Shown one piece after another: positions 1 to 10,652 of a DNA stretch of 64,000 nucleotides. Origin of the DNA: Hydrogenophilales bacterium (lineage in GTDB: Bacteria > Pseudomonadota > Gammaproteobacteria > Burkholderiales > Eutrophovitaceae); contig CACOJS010000001.1 of NCBI GenBank assembly GCA_902627495.1, positions 6,229-70,228 on the forward strand. The letters are read 5' to 3'. Under the pieces are notes generated by a model, which saw nothing but the letters and a program-made list of their open reading frames with translations, was not told the DNA's origin and searched no databases. Both the position numbers and the translations under genes were made by a program. The stretch's first letter is position 1. The number at the start of each line of letters is the position of its first letter.

Positions 1-110
1 GCTAATGGCAAACCGGAAGAGAAACCAAGAAAGGCTATACAGGCCATTTTTTTGTTATAAAATACAGTCAAAAAATCATGATCAAAATTTAATTTTTTGA
101 GGTATTTCAT
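1..110 (-). CDS. AmpG-family MFS (muropeptide) permease, N-terminal fragment; gene runs off the window start
   Basis: Not in the ORF track because fewer than 60 aa are visible. Reverse-strand ATG at 110 reads MKYLKKLNFDHDFLTVFYNKKMACIAFLGFSSGLPLA and stays open to position 1. 'LGFsSGLPLa' resembles the conserved first-TM motif of AmpG-type permeases. The start lies 4 nt after the xthA stop. Confidence 0.4.
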   Translation of the reverse strand, partial: MKYLKKLNFDHDFLTVFYNKKMACIAFLGFSSGLPL

Positions 111-113
111 GAT

Positions 114-914
114 TTATCCGGTCCACCTGTAGTTAACTATTAAGGGGGCATGGTCTGAAAAACGATTTTCTTTATAAATAGAAACAGATTGAGCTCGCTT
201 AGCAATGCTGGGTGTTGCAAGTTGGTAGTCTATTCTCCATCCTACATTATTATTCCAAGCCTGGCCTCTGTTGGACCACCAGGTATATTGACCTGCTTCC
301 TGATTAATTTTGCGAAAAACATCTACAAATCCTAGTTCGTTAATAATGTATGATAACCATTCCCTTTCCTGAGGAAGAAAGCCGGAATTCTTTTGATTAT
401 TTCGCCAATTTTTTAAATCAATTTTTTTGTGGGCTATATTAATATCGCCACAAATAACGACATCAAATCCTGATGACATTAATAATTTTAATTTAGGAAT
501 AATAGATTCCATAAATTTAAATTTAATTTTCAACCTCTCCTCAGAACTAGATCCGGAGGGGGCGTATATCGATACCACTGTGAGTTTTCCAAATTGAGCT
601 TCAAGAAAACGCCCTTCTTTATCAATTTCTCTTATTCCACAGCCCTTGGTGATCGATTTAGGCATTTTTTTTGAATATATCCCAACGCCGCTATAGCCAG
701 GTCGTTCCGCATAATGGAAAAAGCCGGTAAACTTACCGATATGTTTTAATGCATCGGTAATATCTGACTCTTTGATCCGGATCTCTTGTACGCAAACTAT
801 ATCGGGATTTTGCTTTTGTAACCACTGCGAAAATCCTTTTTTTACGGAAGCTCTCAAGCCATTCAGGTTCAAAGATACAACTTGCAGGGTTTTATTATGT
901 CTAGTTTTATTCAC
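114..914 (-). CDS. xthA: Exodeoxyribonuclease III (AP endonuclease, EEP fold)
   Basis: ORF 114..944. LQVVSLNLNGLRA near the N-terminus, ...VCVQE..., ...GDINIAH..., ...FSDHAPL at the C-terminus are typical ExoIII motifs. The 944 start is TTG and overlaps pyrE. GTG at 914 (MNKTRHNKTLQVVSLNLNG) fits homolog N-termini better. The exact start is uncertain. Confidence 0.88.
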   Translation of the reverse strand: MNKTRHNKTLQVVSLNLNGLRASVKKGFSQWLQKQNPDIVCVQEIRIKESDITDALKHIGKFTGFFHYAERPGYSGVGIYSKKMPKSITKGCGIREIDKEGRFLEAQFGKLTVVSIYAPSGSSSEERLKIKFKFMESIIPKLKLLMSSGFDVVICGDINIAHKKIDLKNWRNNQKNSGFLPQEREWLSYIINELGFVDVFRKINQEAGQYTWWSNRGQAWNNNVGWRIDYQLATPSIAKRAQSVSIYKENRFSDHAPLIVNYRWTG

Positions 915-1538
915 GAATTTTTGGAGTTTGCCTGTGATCGCCAAGTGCTGCGGTTCGGAGAGTTTAAAACTAAAGCAGGTCGTTTGTCTCCCTATTTTTT
1001 TAATTCAGGTTTATTCAATACAGGAAATGACCTTATAAAACTGGGGAAGTTTTATGCCGAAGCTATAATTCAAGCAGATATTGAATTTGATGTTTTATTC
1101 GGTCCTGCGTACAAAGGTATTCCTTTGGTAACAGCAACTGCAATGGCATTGGCAGAGAAACATGTCAATGTACCTATAGCGTTTAACCGCAAAGAGGCAA
1201 AAAATCATGGTGAAAAAGGAACTGTTATTGGTGGTAGTCTAAATGGCCGTGTGCTTTTAGTAGACGATGTAATATCTGCTGGAACATCTATAAACGAATC
1301 GCAAAATATAATTGCTAAAAATGGAGGAAGTCTAGCAGGTGTTTGTATTGCTCTTGATCGAATGGAGAGGGGAAGTGGTAATTTATCTGCAAGAGAAGAA
1401 GTAGAGGTACGGTTTGGCACTGTAGTTTTTAGTATTGCAAATTTGAATAGCTTAATTGAATATCTTTCAATTGATCCCCTTAACGAAAGCAAACTAAAGT
1501 CTCTTCAGGATTATAAAAATACGTACGGAGTAAACTAA
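897..1538 (+). CDS. pyrE: Orotate phosphoribosyltransferase
   Basis: ORF 882..1538 starts at TTG. ATG at 897 gives MSSFIHEFLEFACDRQVLRFGEFKTKAGRLSPYFFNSG, colinear with the PyrE N-terminus. PRPP loop VLLVDDVISAGTS present. Confidence 0.92.
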   Translation: MSSFIHEFLEFACDRQVLRFGEFKTKAGRLSPYFFNSGLFNTGNDLIKLGKFYAEAIIQADIEFDVLFGPAYKGIPLVTATAMALAEKHVNVPIAFNRKEAKNHGEKGTVIGGSLNGRVLLVDDVISAGTSINESQNIIAKNGGSLAGVCIALDRMERGSGNLSAREEVEVRFGTVVFSIANLNSLIEYLSIDPLNESKLKSLQDYKNTYGVN

Positions 1539-2992
1539 TATCCTAGTTTTGTTTTGAGTATATCTTTAACTTTTTGGGGATTAGCTTTACCTTTGGTGGC
1601 TTTCATGATTTTTCCGACTAGTGCATTTAAAGCTTTATCTTTTCCTGACTTGTATTCATTAGCTAAATGTAAATTTTCGGAAATTATGGTGCCAACAATT
1701 TTTTCAATTTCTGAACTATCTGTGATTTGCTTGAGGCCTTTCTGCAGAATTATTGAATCAACATCTTCTTTTGATATCCACATCTGTTCAAATACAGTTT
1801 TTCCCAAGTTTGATGACAGAGTACCATCACAAATGCGGCTCACTAATTTTGCCAAATTATGTGGGTCTACCGGTGAATCCTGAATTTTTAAGCTATTTTT
1901 ATTTAAAGTTGCAAACAATTCCCCTAATATCCAGTTAGAAATTATTTTTTCTAGGTTATCAAACGTAATAAGTTTTCTTGCCTGTTTGACTGTCTCTTCA
2001 AAATAGTCAGCGGTCTGGCGGTTTGCTCCGAGCAGTGAAGCGTCTTCTCTGGATAAGCGATATGTTTTAGCAAATCGGGTTTTAACCTCATTGGGTAGTT
2101 CGGGCATATCCTGGGCAACCTTTTCAACTGCTTCATTAGTTATATTGAGTGGAAGTAGATCCGGATCAGCGAAATATCGGTAATCATGAGCATCTTCTTT
2201 TTCGCGCATTACGCGGGTTTCATTTTTGTTTGCATCATATAGTACAGTTGCTTGCGAGATTTTACGCCCTTCTTCAAGTTGGCCAACCTGCCATAATATT
2301 TCAAAATCTATGGCGGACTGCAAAAATTTAAAGGAGTTAAGGTTTTTGATTTCCCTGCGTACTCCTAAGGGACAGTCAGGTGACTTTCTAATTGATACAT
2401 TTGCATCACATCTAAAATTTCCTTCTTGCATATTTCCAGAGCATATTCCTATCCAAGTAACCAGCTCGTACAGCGTTTTTGCGTACTCTACAGCTTCGAG
2501 TGATGAATTCATATCAGGTTCAGTAACAATTTCAAGAAGAGGGGTGCCCGCTCTATTAAGATCGATAGCTGAATGTGTGGGATAGATATCGTGCAGCGAT
2601 TTGCCAGCATCTTCTTCGAGATGTGCCCGAGTTAATCGAACTGTTTTTCCATTATTGTTTACCCAAATAGTCAGAGAACCTCCCTCAACTATTGGTTCCT
2701 CATATTGGCTAATTTGGTAGCCTTTTGGAAGATCAGGGTAAAAGTAGTTCTTTCGAGCAAAAACTGAGCGTTTATTAATTTTTCCATTAATGGCTAAACC
2801 AAATCGCATGGCATACTCAACGACTTGCTCGTTTAACACTGGAAGAGTACCAGGAAGAGCTAAATCGACGACAGATGCTTGGGAGTTTGGCGTTTTCCCA
2901 AAATCCGTTGCCCCTCCAGAAAAGATCTTAGAGGAGGTCGCAAGCTGTACATGGGTCTCTAGCCCTATCGATACTAACCAACCCATTTGCAA
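1535..2992 (-). CDS. gatB: Asp-tRNA(Asn)/Glu-tRNA(Gln) amidotransferase subunit B
   Basis: 485 aa. SIGLETHVQL...SKIFSG N-terminus and NRAGTPLLEIVTEPD motif. Last gene of the gatCAB operon. Its stop overlaps the pyrE stop by 4 nt (convergent). Confidence 0.95.
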   Translation of the reverse strand: MQMGWLVSIGLETHVQLATSSKIFSGGATDFGKTPNSQASVVDLALPGTLPVLNEQVVEYAMRFGLAINGKINKRSVFARKNYFYPDLPKGYQISQYEEPIVEGGSLTIWVNNNGKTVRLTRAHLEEDAGKSLHDIYPTHSAIDLNRAGTPLLEIVTEPDMNSSLEAVEYAKTLYELVTWIGICSGNMQEGNFRCDANVSIRKSPDCPLGVRREIKNLNSFKFLQSAIDFEILWQVGQLEEGRKISQATVLYDANKNETRVMREKEDAHDYRYFADPDLLPLNITNEAVEKVAQDMPELPNEVKTRFAKTYRLSREDASLLGANRQTADYFEETVKQARKLITFDNLEKIISNWILGELFATLNKNSLKIQDSPVDPHNLAKLVSRICDGTLSSNLGKTVFEQMWISKEDVDSIILQKGLKQITDSSEIEKIVGTIISENLHLANEYKSGKDKALNALVGKIMKATKGKANPQKVKDILKTKLGY

Positions 2993-3027
2993 ATAAAATT
3001 TGTATATTGAAGCATACTTCTCTCCGG

Positions 3028-4482
3028 TTAAGAGATACCGTCAGGCATTTTGGTATGCCAGTCAGTAAGTTTCTGATAACTATGTGCGACCCCCAATAAT
3101 TTAGCTTCTTCAAAATAATTGCCCATAAGCTGCAGTCCTATAGGTAGACCTGTAGAGCTAAAGCCACAAGGGATGCTCATTGCTGGAATACCGGCGAGGC
3201 TAGCGGGTATAGTATAAAAATCTGATTGATACATAGACAGAGGGTCTTTTATTTTGTCGCCAAGCTTGAAAGCTGTTTCTGCTGTTACTGGGCCGGCAAT
3301 AATGTCGCAATCCAAAAAGGCAGAGCTAAAATCATTAATTATTAATTGTCTCACCTGTTGGGCTTTTAGGTAGTAGGCGTCATAATAACCTTGGGAGAGG
3401 ACGTAGGTGCCAATCATAATTCTTCGTTTTGGTTCTTTGCCGAAGCCCTCTGAGCGGGTTTTTTTTATCATCTCTGTTAGATTCTCGTGATCTTCAGCTC
3501 GATATCCATATCTTACCCCGTCATATCGGCTTAGATTTGATGAGCATTCGGCTGGAGCAATAACATAGTAGACAGGAATTCCAAGGTGAGAGTTTGGTAG
3601 AGTGATTTCAATCAAATTCATCCCAGCATGTTCTAGAGCCTGTAATGCAGCTTGAATCGCAACTCTAACTTCATTGTCAATGTTTGAATCAAAAAACTCT
3701 CTTGGAATACCAATTTTCAGTTCTTTTAAATCTTTATCAATATATCGATTAAAATTTTCTGGCGGGCGATCAACGCTTGTTGAGTCTTGGCTGTCAAATC
3801 CTAGCATAGAGTTAAATATCAGTCCGGCTTCTTCCGCTGATGAACACATAATGCCGCCTTGATCTAGGCTTGAAGCAAAGGCAATCATACCCCAGCGGGA
3901 GGCACGGCCATAGGTTGGCTTTACTCCTGTGATGCCACAGAACGCAGCTGGCTCTCTGATGGAGCCACCTGTATCTGTTGCAGTAGCCGCTGGTACTAAT
4001 CTCGCAGAAACTGCGGCAGCGGACCCACCCGAGCTCCCTCCAGGTACATGTTCTTTGTCCCATGGATTAAGAACAGGACCATAAAAACTATTTTCGTTAG
4101 ATGAGCCCATGGCGAACTCATCACAGTTTAGTTTGCCCAGGGACACCATTCCCGCGGACTGTAAGTTATCTACAATTGTTGCGTTGAAGGGACTTTTATA
4201 GTTTGCGAGCATTTTTGAACCGGCGGTAGACTTGAAATCGGTAGTGACAAAGATATCTTTATGGGCAATTGGAATCCCTGTTAAAGGATTAGCTCGTCGT
4301 TCTGCAAGTCTTTTATCCGCTGCTTTAGCTTGTTTCAGCGAGGTGTCGCGATTAATGTCCAGAAAAGCGTTTAAATTAGAGAACTTTTCAATGCGGTCCA
4401 AAAATAACGTAGCTATCTCTACGGCAGAGAATTGTCGGTCCTGTAATCCTTGGCTCAACTGCAGTATTGTTTTAGCAAACAT
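3028..4482 (-). CDS. gatA: Asp-tRNA(Asn)/Glu-tRNA(Gln) amidotransferase subunit A (amidase signature)
   Basis: 484 aa. Amidase signature GGSSGGSAAAV...TDTGGSIR. Lies between gatC and gatB. Confidence 0.95.
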   Translation of the reverse strand: MFAKTILQLSQGLQDRQFSAVEIATLFLDRIEKFSNLNAFLDINRDTSLKQAKAADKRLAERRANPLTGIPIAHKDIFVTTDFKSTAGSKMLANYKSPFNATIVDNLQSAGMVSLGKLNCDEFAMGSSNENSFYGPVLNPWDKEHVPGGSSGGSAAAVSARLVPAATATDTGGSIREPAAFCGITGVKPTYGRASRWGMIAFASSLDQGGIMCSSAEEAGLIFNSMLGFDSQDSTSVDRPPENFNRYIDKDLKELKIGIPREFFDSNIDNEVRVAIQAALQALEHAGMNLIEITLPNSHLGIPVYYVIAPAECSSNLSRYDGVRYGYRAEDHENLTEMIKKTRSEGFGKEPKRRIMIGTYVLSQGYYDAYYLKAQQVRQLIINDFSSAFLDCDIIAGPVTAETAFKLGDKIKDPLSMYQSDFYTIPASLAGIPAMSIPCGFSSTGLPIGLQLMGNYFEEAKLLGVAHSYQKLTDWHTKMPDGIS

Positions 4483-4491
4483 ACAGCAACC

Positions 4492-4779
4492 TCAATCAAT
4501 GACTTTTGGTACCAGAAAAAGATTTTCTTGCTCTAATGGTGCATTCGCCATTACCAGTTTCGTACAGTCAGTTGCTGTGGCTTGATCTTTTCTTAATCCT
4601 TGGGTTTCTCCTGTCGGGTGTGAGACTGGTTTAATGTTTGAGGTATCAACTTGTTGCATCTCGGCAATCATTTCTAAAATACTATTGATTTCTCTTTCCA
4701 ACTCTTCGTATTCAGAGTCATCCATTTTCATATACGCAAGATCAGCTATTTTACGAATATCGCTTACCGACAGTCCCAT
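4492..4779 (-). CDS. gatC: Asp-tRNA(Asn)/Glu-tRNA(Gln) amidotransferase subunit C
   Basis: 95 aa, immediately upstream of gatA. Size and position are typical of GatC. Confidence 0.9.
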   Translation of the reverse strand: MGLSVSDIRKIADLAYMKMDDSEYEELEREINSILEMIAEMQQVDTSNIKPVSHPTGETQGLRKDQATATDCTKLVMANAPLEQENLFLVPKVID

Positions 4780-4940
4780 GATGATCTAAACCTCTTTAGC
4801 GAATAAAATCAGGTGGTCGTTGGTCAAGCCACCAGCTAAATTATCAAATTTTGTGAACAAGTTAAATTTTTTGATACGTAATTGGTTCAATAGGTTATCA
4901 TATTGCGATGTACCTTTCCGCAAAAATTTAATTTATATAA

Positions 4941-5993
<1,053 letters not shown>

Positions 5994-6033
5994 AGAGCTT
6001 ACTAGTTTCAATGATAGGATTTTTCTTGATCTG

Positions 6034-6066
6034 TTGAATCCCTGGATTTTCGTGGAAAGGATTCAA
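6034..6066 (+). other. Inverted repeat (8-bp arms TTGAATCC / GGATTCAA) in the mreB-mreC spacer; possible mRNA hairpin
   Basis: Read directly: ttgaatcc(6034-6041) ... ggattcaa(6059-6066). No T-tract follows, so it is not a classical intrinsic terminator. Confidence 0.3.
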
Positions 6067-6081
6067 TGACACTAAATTATA

Positions 6082-6993
6082 TTGTATCCAATGCAAACCA
6101 AAACAGCTTTTTTTAAAAGGCAATATAGTATAAAAAGAAGGTTTATCTTCTATACCTTATTCTGTGTTGTTCTTATTTTCACCGATGCCAGATTTAATTA
6201 TCTTGAAATGATTAGGACGGGTGTTTCGGTAGTTATACATCCCCTCAGAGCGGTTGCTCTTTTTCCAGCGAAGCTATTCCAAGATGCCTCAGAATTATTA
6301 GCGACGGCATCTGACTTGAAGACTGAAAATGCAAAATTGAAAGAGGCGAATTTCAAGAAAAATGAGTTGTTATTAGTCCAAAAATCTCTTTTGGTTGAGA
6401 ATGAAAACCTTAGAAATCTACTAGGTTTAAGAATTAAAACAGAAACTCAACAAATGTTTGCAGAAATTGTTTACGAGCCGAAAGACCCGTTTTCTAGACA
6501 TGTTGTGGTTGATAAAGGAGCTACTCATGGTGTAACGCTTGGTACGCCAGCAATAGATATAACTGGAGTTTTAGGTCAGGTTGTTAGAGTTCAACCTTGG
6601 ACATCAACCATATCCTTAGTTACACATCGCGATCATCCAGTTCCTGTTCAGATCGCTAGAAACGGCCTTAGAGCGGTTGTTTTTGGTATGGGATATGATA
6701 GCTCGATGGAGATTCGGTTTTTACCTTTGGATGCGGATATCAGGGAGGGTGATATTTTGGCTACTTCTGGAATAGGTGGTGTTTATCCACCGAACCTTCC
6801 AGTAGGAGCAGTAAGCCAGATCACTCGGGATGATTCTTTCCCATTTGCCAAAATAAGTGTGTTACCGGTCTCAAGAATTGGGCACCACAAACAGGTGTTA
6901 TTGCTTTCTAAAGTAGATGATGCGTCACCGGTTCTAGATATTAAAGGTAATGATGAAAACACCCTTGATTTGGGGGTTATTGGGGATAATTAA
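6082..6993 (+). CDS. mreC: Rod-shape determining protein MreC
   Basis: 303 aa. N-terminal TM segment, coiled-coil (ENAKLKEANFKKNELL...) and C-terminal beta domain. Position between mreB and mreD. Confidence 0.9.
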   Translation: MYPMQTKTAFFKRQYSIKRRFIFYTLFCVVLIFTDARFNYLEMIRTGVSVVIHPLRAVALFPAKLFQDASELLATASDLKTENAKLKEANFKKNELLLVQKSLLVENENLRNLLGLRIKTETQQMFAEIVYEPKDPFSRHVVVDKGATHGVTLGTPAIDITGVLGQVVRVQPWTSTISLVTHRDHPVPVQIARNGLRAVVFGMGYDSSMEIRFLPLDADIREGDILATSGIGGVYPPNLPVGAVSQITRDDSFPFAKISVLPVSRIGHHKQVLLLSKVDDASPVLDIKGNDENTLDLGVIGDN

Positions 6994-6995
6994 TT

Positions 6996-7499
6996 ATGAA
7001 AATGCAGGCTAGTAGTATTTCGGACGCCCTTCCCAAACGGGCACTGATTGCAGTCATTGTTGCAGCTTTCATCATAAACTTGATTCCTCTTCCTTTAAAC
7101 CTGCAACTATTTAGGCCCGATATTTTGCTCTTAGTGTTGATATATTGGGGAATTAATTATTCACAGAAAGTCAGTTTGTTTGCGGTTTTTTTGTTGGGTG
7201 TGTTAGGGGATGTAGCTAATGGTGGAGTTTTAGGTCAGACTTCACTTTTATATATATTTTTGATTTTTATAGCAGTATCCATACACAGAAGAATTAGATT
7301 ATTTAAGCCATTTATGCAAATTTTATATCTTTTTCCCGCCTTACTTTTGACTAAGGTGTTCCTTCTTGGATTATTAGTGGCTATTGATGGAGTATCGCCA
7401 AGCCTAGGGTATTTCTTGCCTGTCATCTCCACAGTAATATTTTGGCCTTTTGTACACTTTTTAATCCAGATGGTATTCTCTTTAATTGATCCAGTTTAG
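6996..7499 (+). CDS. mreD: Rod-shape determining protein MreD
   Basis: 167 aa polytopic membrane protein directly after mreC. Confidence 0.85.
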   Translation: MKMQASSISDALPKRALIAVIVAAFIINLIPLPLNLQLFRPDILLLVLIYWGINYSQKVSLFAVFLLGVLGDVANGGVLGQTSLLYIFLIFIAVSIHRRIRLFKPFMQILYLFPALLLTKVFLLGLLVAIDGVSPSLGYFLPVISTVIFWPFVHFLIQMVFSLIDPV

Positions 7500-7503
7500 T
7501 TAG

Positions 7504-9396
7504 ATGAGTAACAATATAGAGCTTCGTAACCACCAACAAGAATTGCACTTCTTTCATGTTAGGCTTGTTGTGACGGGGGTTTTTGTTTTAGTGGCATTCC
7601 TCATATTGTTAGGGCGATTTGTTTATTTGCAGGTTCTACAACACGAGCATTTTAGGTTGTTAGCAGAGCAAAATAGAATCAAGGTAATTCCGGTTACCCC
7701 CAATAGAGGACATATTTATGATCGTAATGGTGTCGTTTTGGCACAAAATTACGCGGCTTACACCCTGGAAGTCATCCCTGACAGAGTATCTGATCCTGAA
7801 AGAGTAATAGATCAATTATCGGACTTGATCACCATATCTCAAAAAGATAGGCAACGTTTTGCAAAGCTTTTAGAGAGTGCTCCAAACTTTTCTAGCATTC
7901 CAATTCGTCGGAGACTAAATGATGTTGAAATGGCGACGTTTGCCGCTAAGCATTATCTTTTCCCAGAAGTTCAGATTAACGCCCGATTTTTTAGGCACTA
8001 CCCTACTGATGAACTTACATCTCATGTTGTAGGTTACATAGGTCGTATTAGTAAGAGAGATTATCAAAAGTTGGAAGCAAAAGGCCAGGCTACTAACTAC
8101 AGCAAATCAGACACTATAGGAAAAAATGGTTTGGAAAAAATGTACGAAAAAGATTTGCGAGGCATAAACGGTTATGATCATGTGGAGATGGATGCAAACG
8201 GTAAATCAATTAGAAAAATAAGGTCTGTCAGACCTATAGCGGGTAATAATCTTATTTTAAGCCTTGATGCTAATCTGCAACATGTTGCGGCTGAAGCATT
8301 TGGAGAGCTTAGAGGTGCATTGGTGGCAGTGAAACCGAAGACTGGGGAAGTTCTGGCTTTACTATCTTTGCCTGGTTTTGACCCTAATCGGTTCGTGGAT
8401 GGTATAGACTCTACAATATGGGAAGCACTTAATACATCAGAATATCACCCTCTTAACAATAGGGCAGTGCAGGGAGTTTATCCACCAGCCTCTACTTTCA
8501 AGCCGTTCATGGCTTTAGCAGCATTAGAGCTTGGAAAAAGAGACCCAACCTATACCATGCATGATCCTGGTTATTTCATCCTGGGTAACTCGGGACACGT
8601 TTTCCGTGACTGGAAAGAAGGAGGTCATGGGGAAGTTAATCTTCGAAAAGCAATAGTAGAATCGAGTGATACCTATTTTTATGAGCTAGCACATGATTTG
8701 GGTATCGATGCGATTCATGATTTTATAAAGCAGTTTGGTCTTGGGCAGTTGACTAGGATTGATCTAGACGGAGAAGCAAACGGTATATTACCCTCTAAAG
8801 ATTGGAAAGAGAGACGGTTTAAGCAAAAATGGTTTGCAGGTGACACAATTTCGGTAGGTGTAGGACAGGGTTATAATTTGGCTACACCATTACAGTTAGC
8901 GGTCGCGACCGCTGCTTTGGCTAATAAGGGAGACATGTTTAAACCTTTCCTAGTGAAACAAATAGAAAACTCTCAGACATCAGCAATAAAAAATATCAAT
9001 CCTGAAAAAACCAGAGAAATTAAGCTAAAACCTCATAACATGGAGCTTGTTAAGGAAGCAATGATTGGTGTTACCAAGCCTGGTGGAACGGCCGCTAGTG
9101 CTGGCTACGCGTCGCAATACGAATTTGCAGGCAAAACAGGGACAGCACAGGTATTTAGTATGAAAGGGGGAGAATATAAAGAAGAAGAAGTTGCCGAGAG
9201 ATTAAGGGATCATGGGCTTTTTATAGCGTTTGCACCGGCAGAAGATCCAACCATAGCAATTAGTGTTTTGGTGGAGAATGGTGGTCATGGTAGTCGCACG
9301 GCGGCACCAATTGCTCGTAAGGTTTTGGATTTTTACTTGTTAGGAAAAGGCCCAAAGCTAAAAAATCGAAATAAGGAGGAATCTAAAAAAGATTAG
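7504..9396 (+). CDS. mrdA: Penicillin-binding protein 2 (elongasome transpeptidase)
   Basis: 630 aa. N-terminal TM anchor, active-site STFKP, later SSD and KTGTA motifs. Position before rodA. Confidence 0.95.
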   Translation: MSNNIELRNHQQELHFFHVRLVVTGVFVLVAFLILLGRFVYLQVLQHEHFRLLAEQNRIKVIPVTPNRGHIYDRNGVVLAQNYAAYTLEVIPDRVSDPERVIDQLSDLITISQKDRQRFAKLLESAPNFSSIPIRRRLNDVEMATFAAKHYLFPEVQINARFFRHYPTDELTSHVVGYIGRISKRDYQKLEAKGQATNYSKSDTIGKNGLEKMYEKDLRGINGYDHVEMDANGKSIRKIRSVRPIAGNNLILSLDANLQHVAAEAFGELRGALVAVKPKTGEVLALLSLPGFDPNRFVDGIDSTIWEALNTSEYHPLNNRAVQGVYPPASTFKPFMALAALELGKRDPTYTMHDPGYFILGNSGHVFRDWKEGGHGEVNLRKAIVESSDTYFYELAHDLGIDAIHDFIKQFGLGQLTRIDLDGEANGILPSKDWKERRFKQKWFAGDTISVGVGQGYNLATPLQLAVATAALANKGDMFKPFLVKQIENSQTSAIKNINPEKTREIKLKPHNMELVKEAMIGVTKPGGTAASAGYASQYEFAGKTGTAQVFSMKGGEYKEEEVAERLRDHGLFIAFAPAEDPTIAISVLVENGGHGSRTAAPIARKVLDFYLLGKGPKLKNRNKEESKKD

Positions 9397-9406
9397 TCTT
9401 CATAAG

Positions 9407-10501
9407 ATGGAAAAAAACGCGAGACATTATTTGATTCGGCATATTGATAGACCGTTGTTAACTCTGGTGGGGCTGGTTCTTGCCATCGGTTTGCTAACTT
9501 TGCATAGTGCTTCGGGTGGTGATGCGAATAGAACTATCGCCCAATCAGCTAACATTTGTATAGCATTGGTTTTGATGTGGGTAGTGGCCAACGTGCCGCT
9601 CCACTACTTGTCTCGTATAGCACTACCAGTTTATATGCTGGGCTTGATCCTACTGGTAGCGGTTGAGTTTTTTGGAGAAGTTGTAAACGGTGCACAAAGA
9701 TGGCTGGATCTGGGTTTTACAAGACTGCAGCCATCAGAGCTCATGAAAATAGCCGTTCCCTTGATGATGGCCTGGTATTTTGATAGATATGAATCTGTTT
9801 TACGGGGATCAAATTTTTTGGTTGGAGTTATATTATTATTTGTGCCAGTTTTTCTTATAGTCAATCAACCAGATTTGGGGACAGCAATCTTAGTCGCAGT
9901 GGCTGGGGTTTACGTGCTTTTTTTAGCAGGATTATCTTTTAAGGTATTCTTACTTTCTTTACTGATTATTTTGGGCAGTGTTCCTTTCATATGGTCAAAT
10001 TTACATGGATACCAGCAACAAAGAATTCTAACCTTGTTTGACCCAAGTCAAGATCCTTTAGGATCGGGGTATCACATAATTCAGTCCTCTATCGCACTCG
10101 GATCAGGTGGATTGCTTGGCAAGGGATGGTTAAATGGAACTCAGTCCCAACTTGATTTTCTTCCCGAGAGAACTACAGACTTTGTTTTTGCTGTATATGC
10201 AGAAGAATTTGGGCTTCTAGGAAACCTTCTGCTCTTATTTTTATTTTTAGCGATTATTGGGAGGGGTTTAATCATAGCTGCCAATGCCCCGACATTGTTT
10301 ACCAGACTTTTAGCCGGTGCTATCTCCCTTATTTTCTTCACCTATGTTTTCGTTAATATTGGCATGGTAAGTGGTATATTACCGGTGGTAGGGGTTCCCC
10401 TGCCTTTAATCAGCTATGGAGGCACCTCTTTAGTTACAATATTGTTTGGTATTGGGATATTAATGAGTATTCAAACTCATCGACGTTTAGTTCAAACTTA
10501 A
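9407..10501 (+). CDS. rodA: Peptidoglycan glycosyltransferase RodA (SEDS family)
   Basis: 364 aa polytopic. RWLDLG..LQPSELMK and PERTTDFVFA motifs of the FtsW/RodA family. Confidence 0.95.
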   Translation: MEKNARHYLIRHIDRPLLTLVGLVLAIGLLTLHSASGGDANRTIAQSANICIALVLMWVVANVPLHYLSRIALPVYMLGLILLVAVEFFGEVVNGAQRWLDLGFTRLQPSELMKIAVPLMMAWYFDRYESVLRGSNFLVGVILLFVPVFLIVNQPDLGTAILVAVAGVYVLFLAGLSFKVFLLSLLIILGSVPFIWSNLHGYQQQRILTLFDPSQDPLGSGYHIIQSSIALGSGGLLGKGWLNGTQSQLDFLPERTTDFVFAVYAEEFGLLGNLLLLFLFLAIIGRGLIIAANAPTLFTRLLAGAISLIFFTYVFVNIGMVSGILPVVGVPLPLISYGGTSLVTILFGIGILMSIQTHRRLVQT

Positions 10502-10652
10502 TTTACTCAGTTTGTTAAATGTTAGGTAATAAAAGCAGGCTATTGAGGTTAGAAGTAATTATTTTTACAAAAAATACATATGTTCGCATCAGTTTTCAAG
10601 TTGTCACTTGGGGAGTTTGTGGGTCACATGAATAAAAGATAGGAAATTTGGT

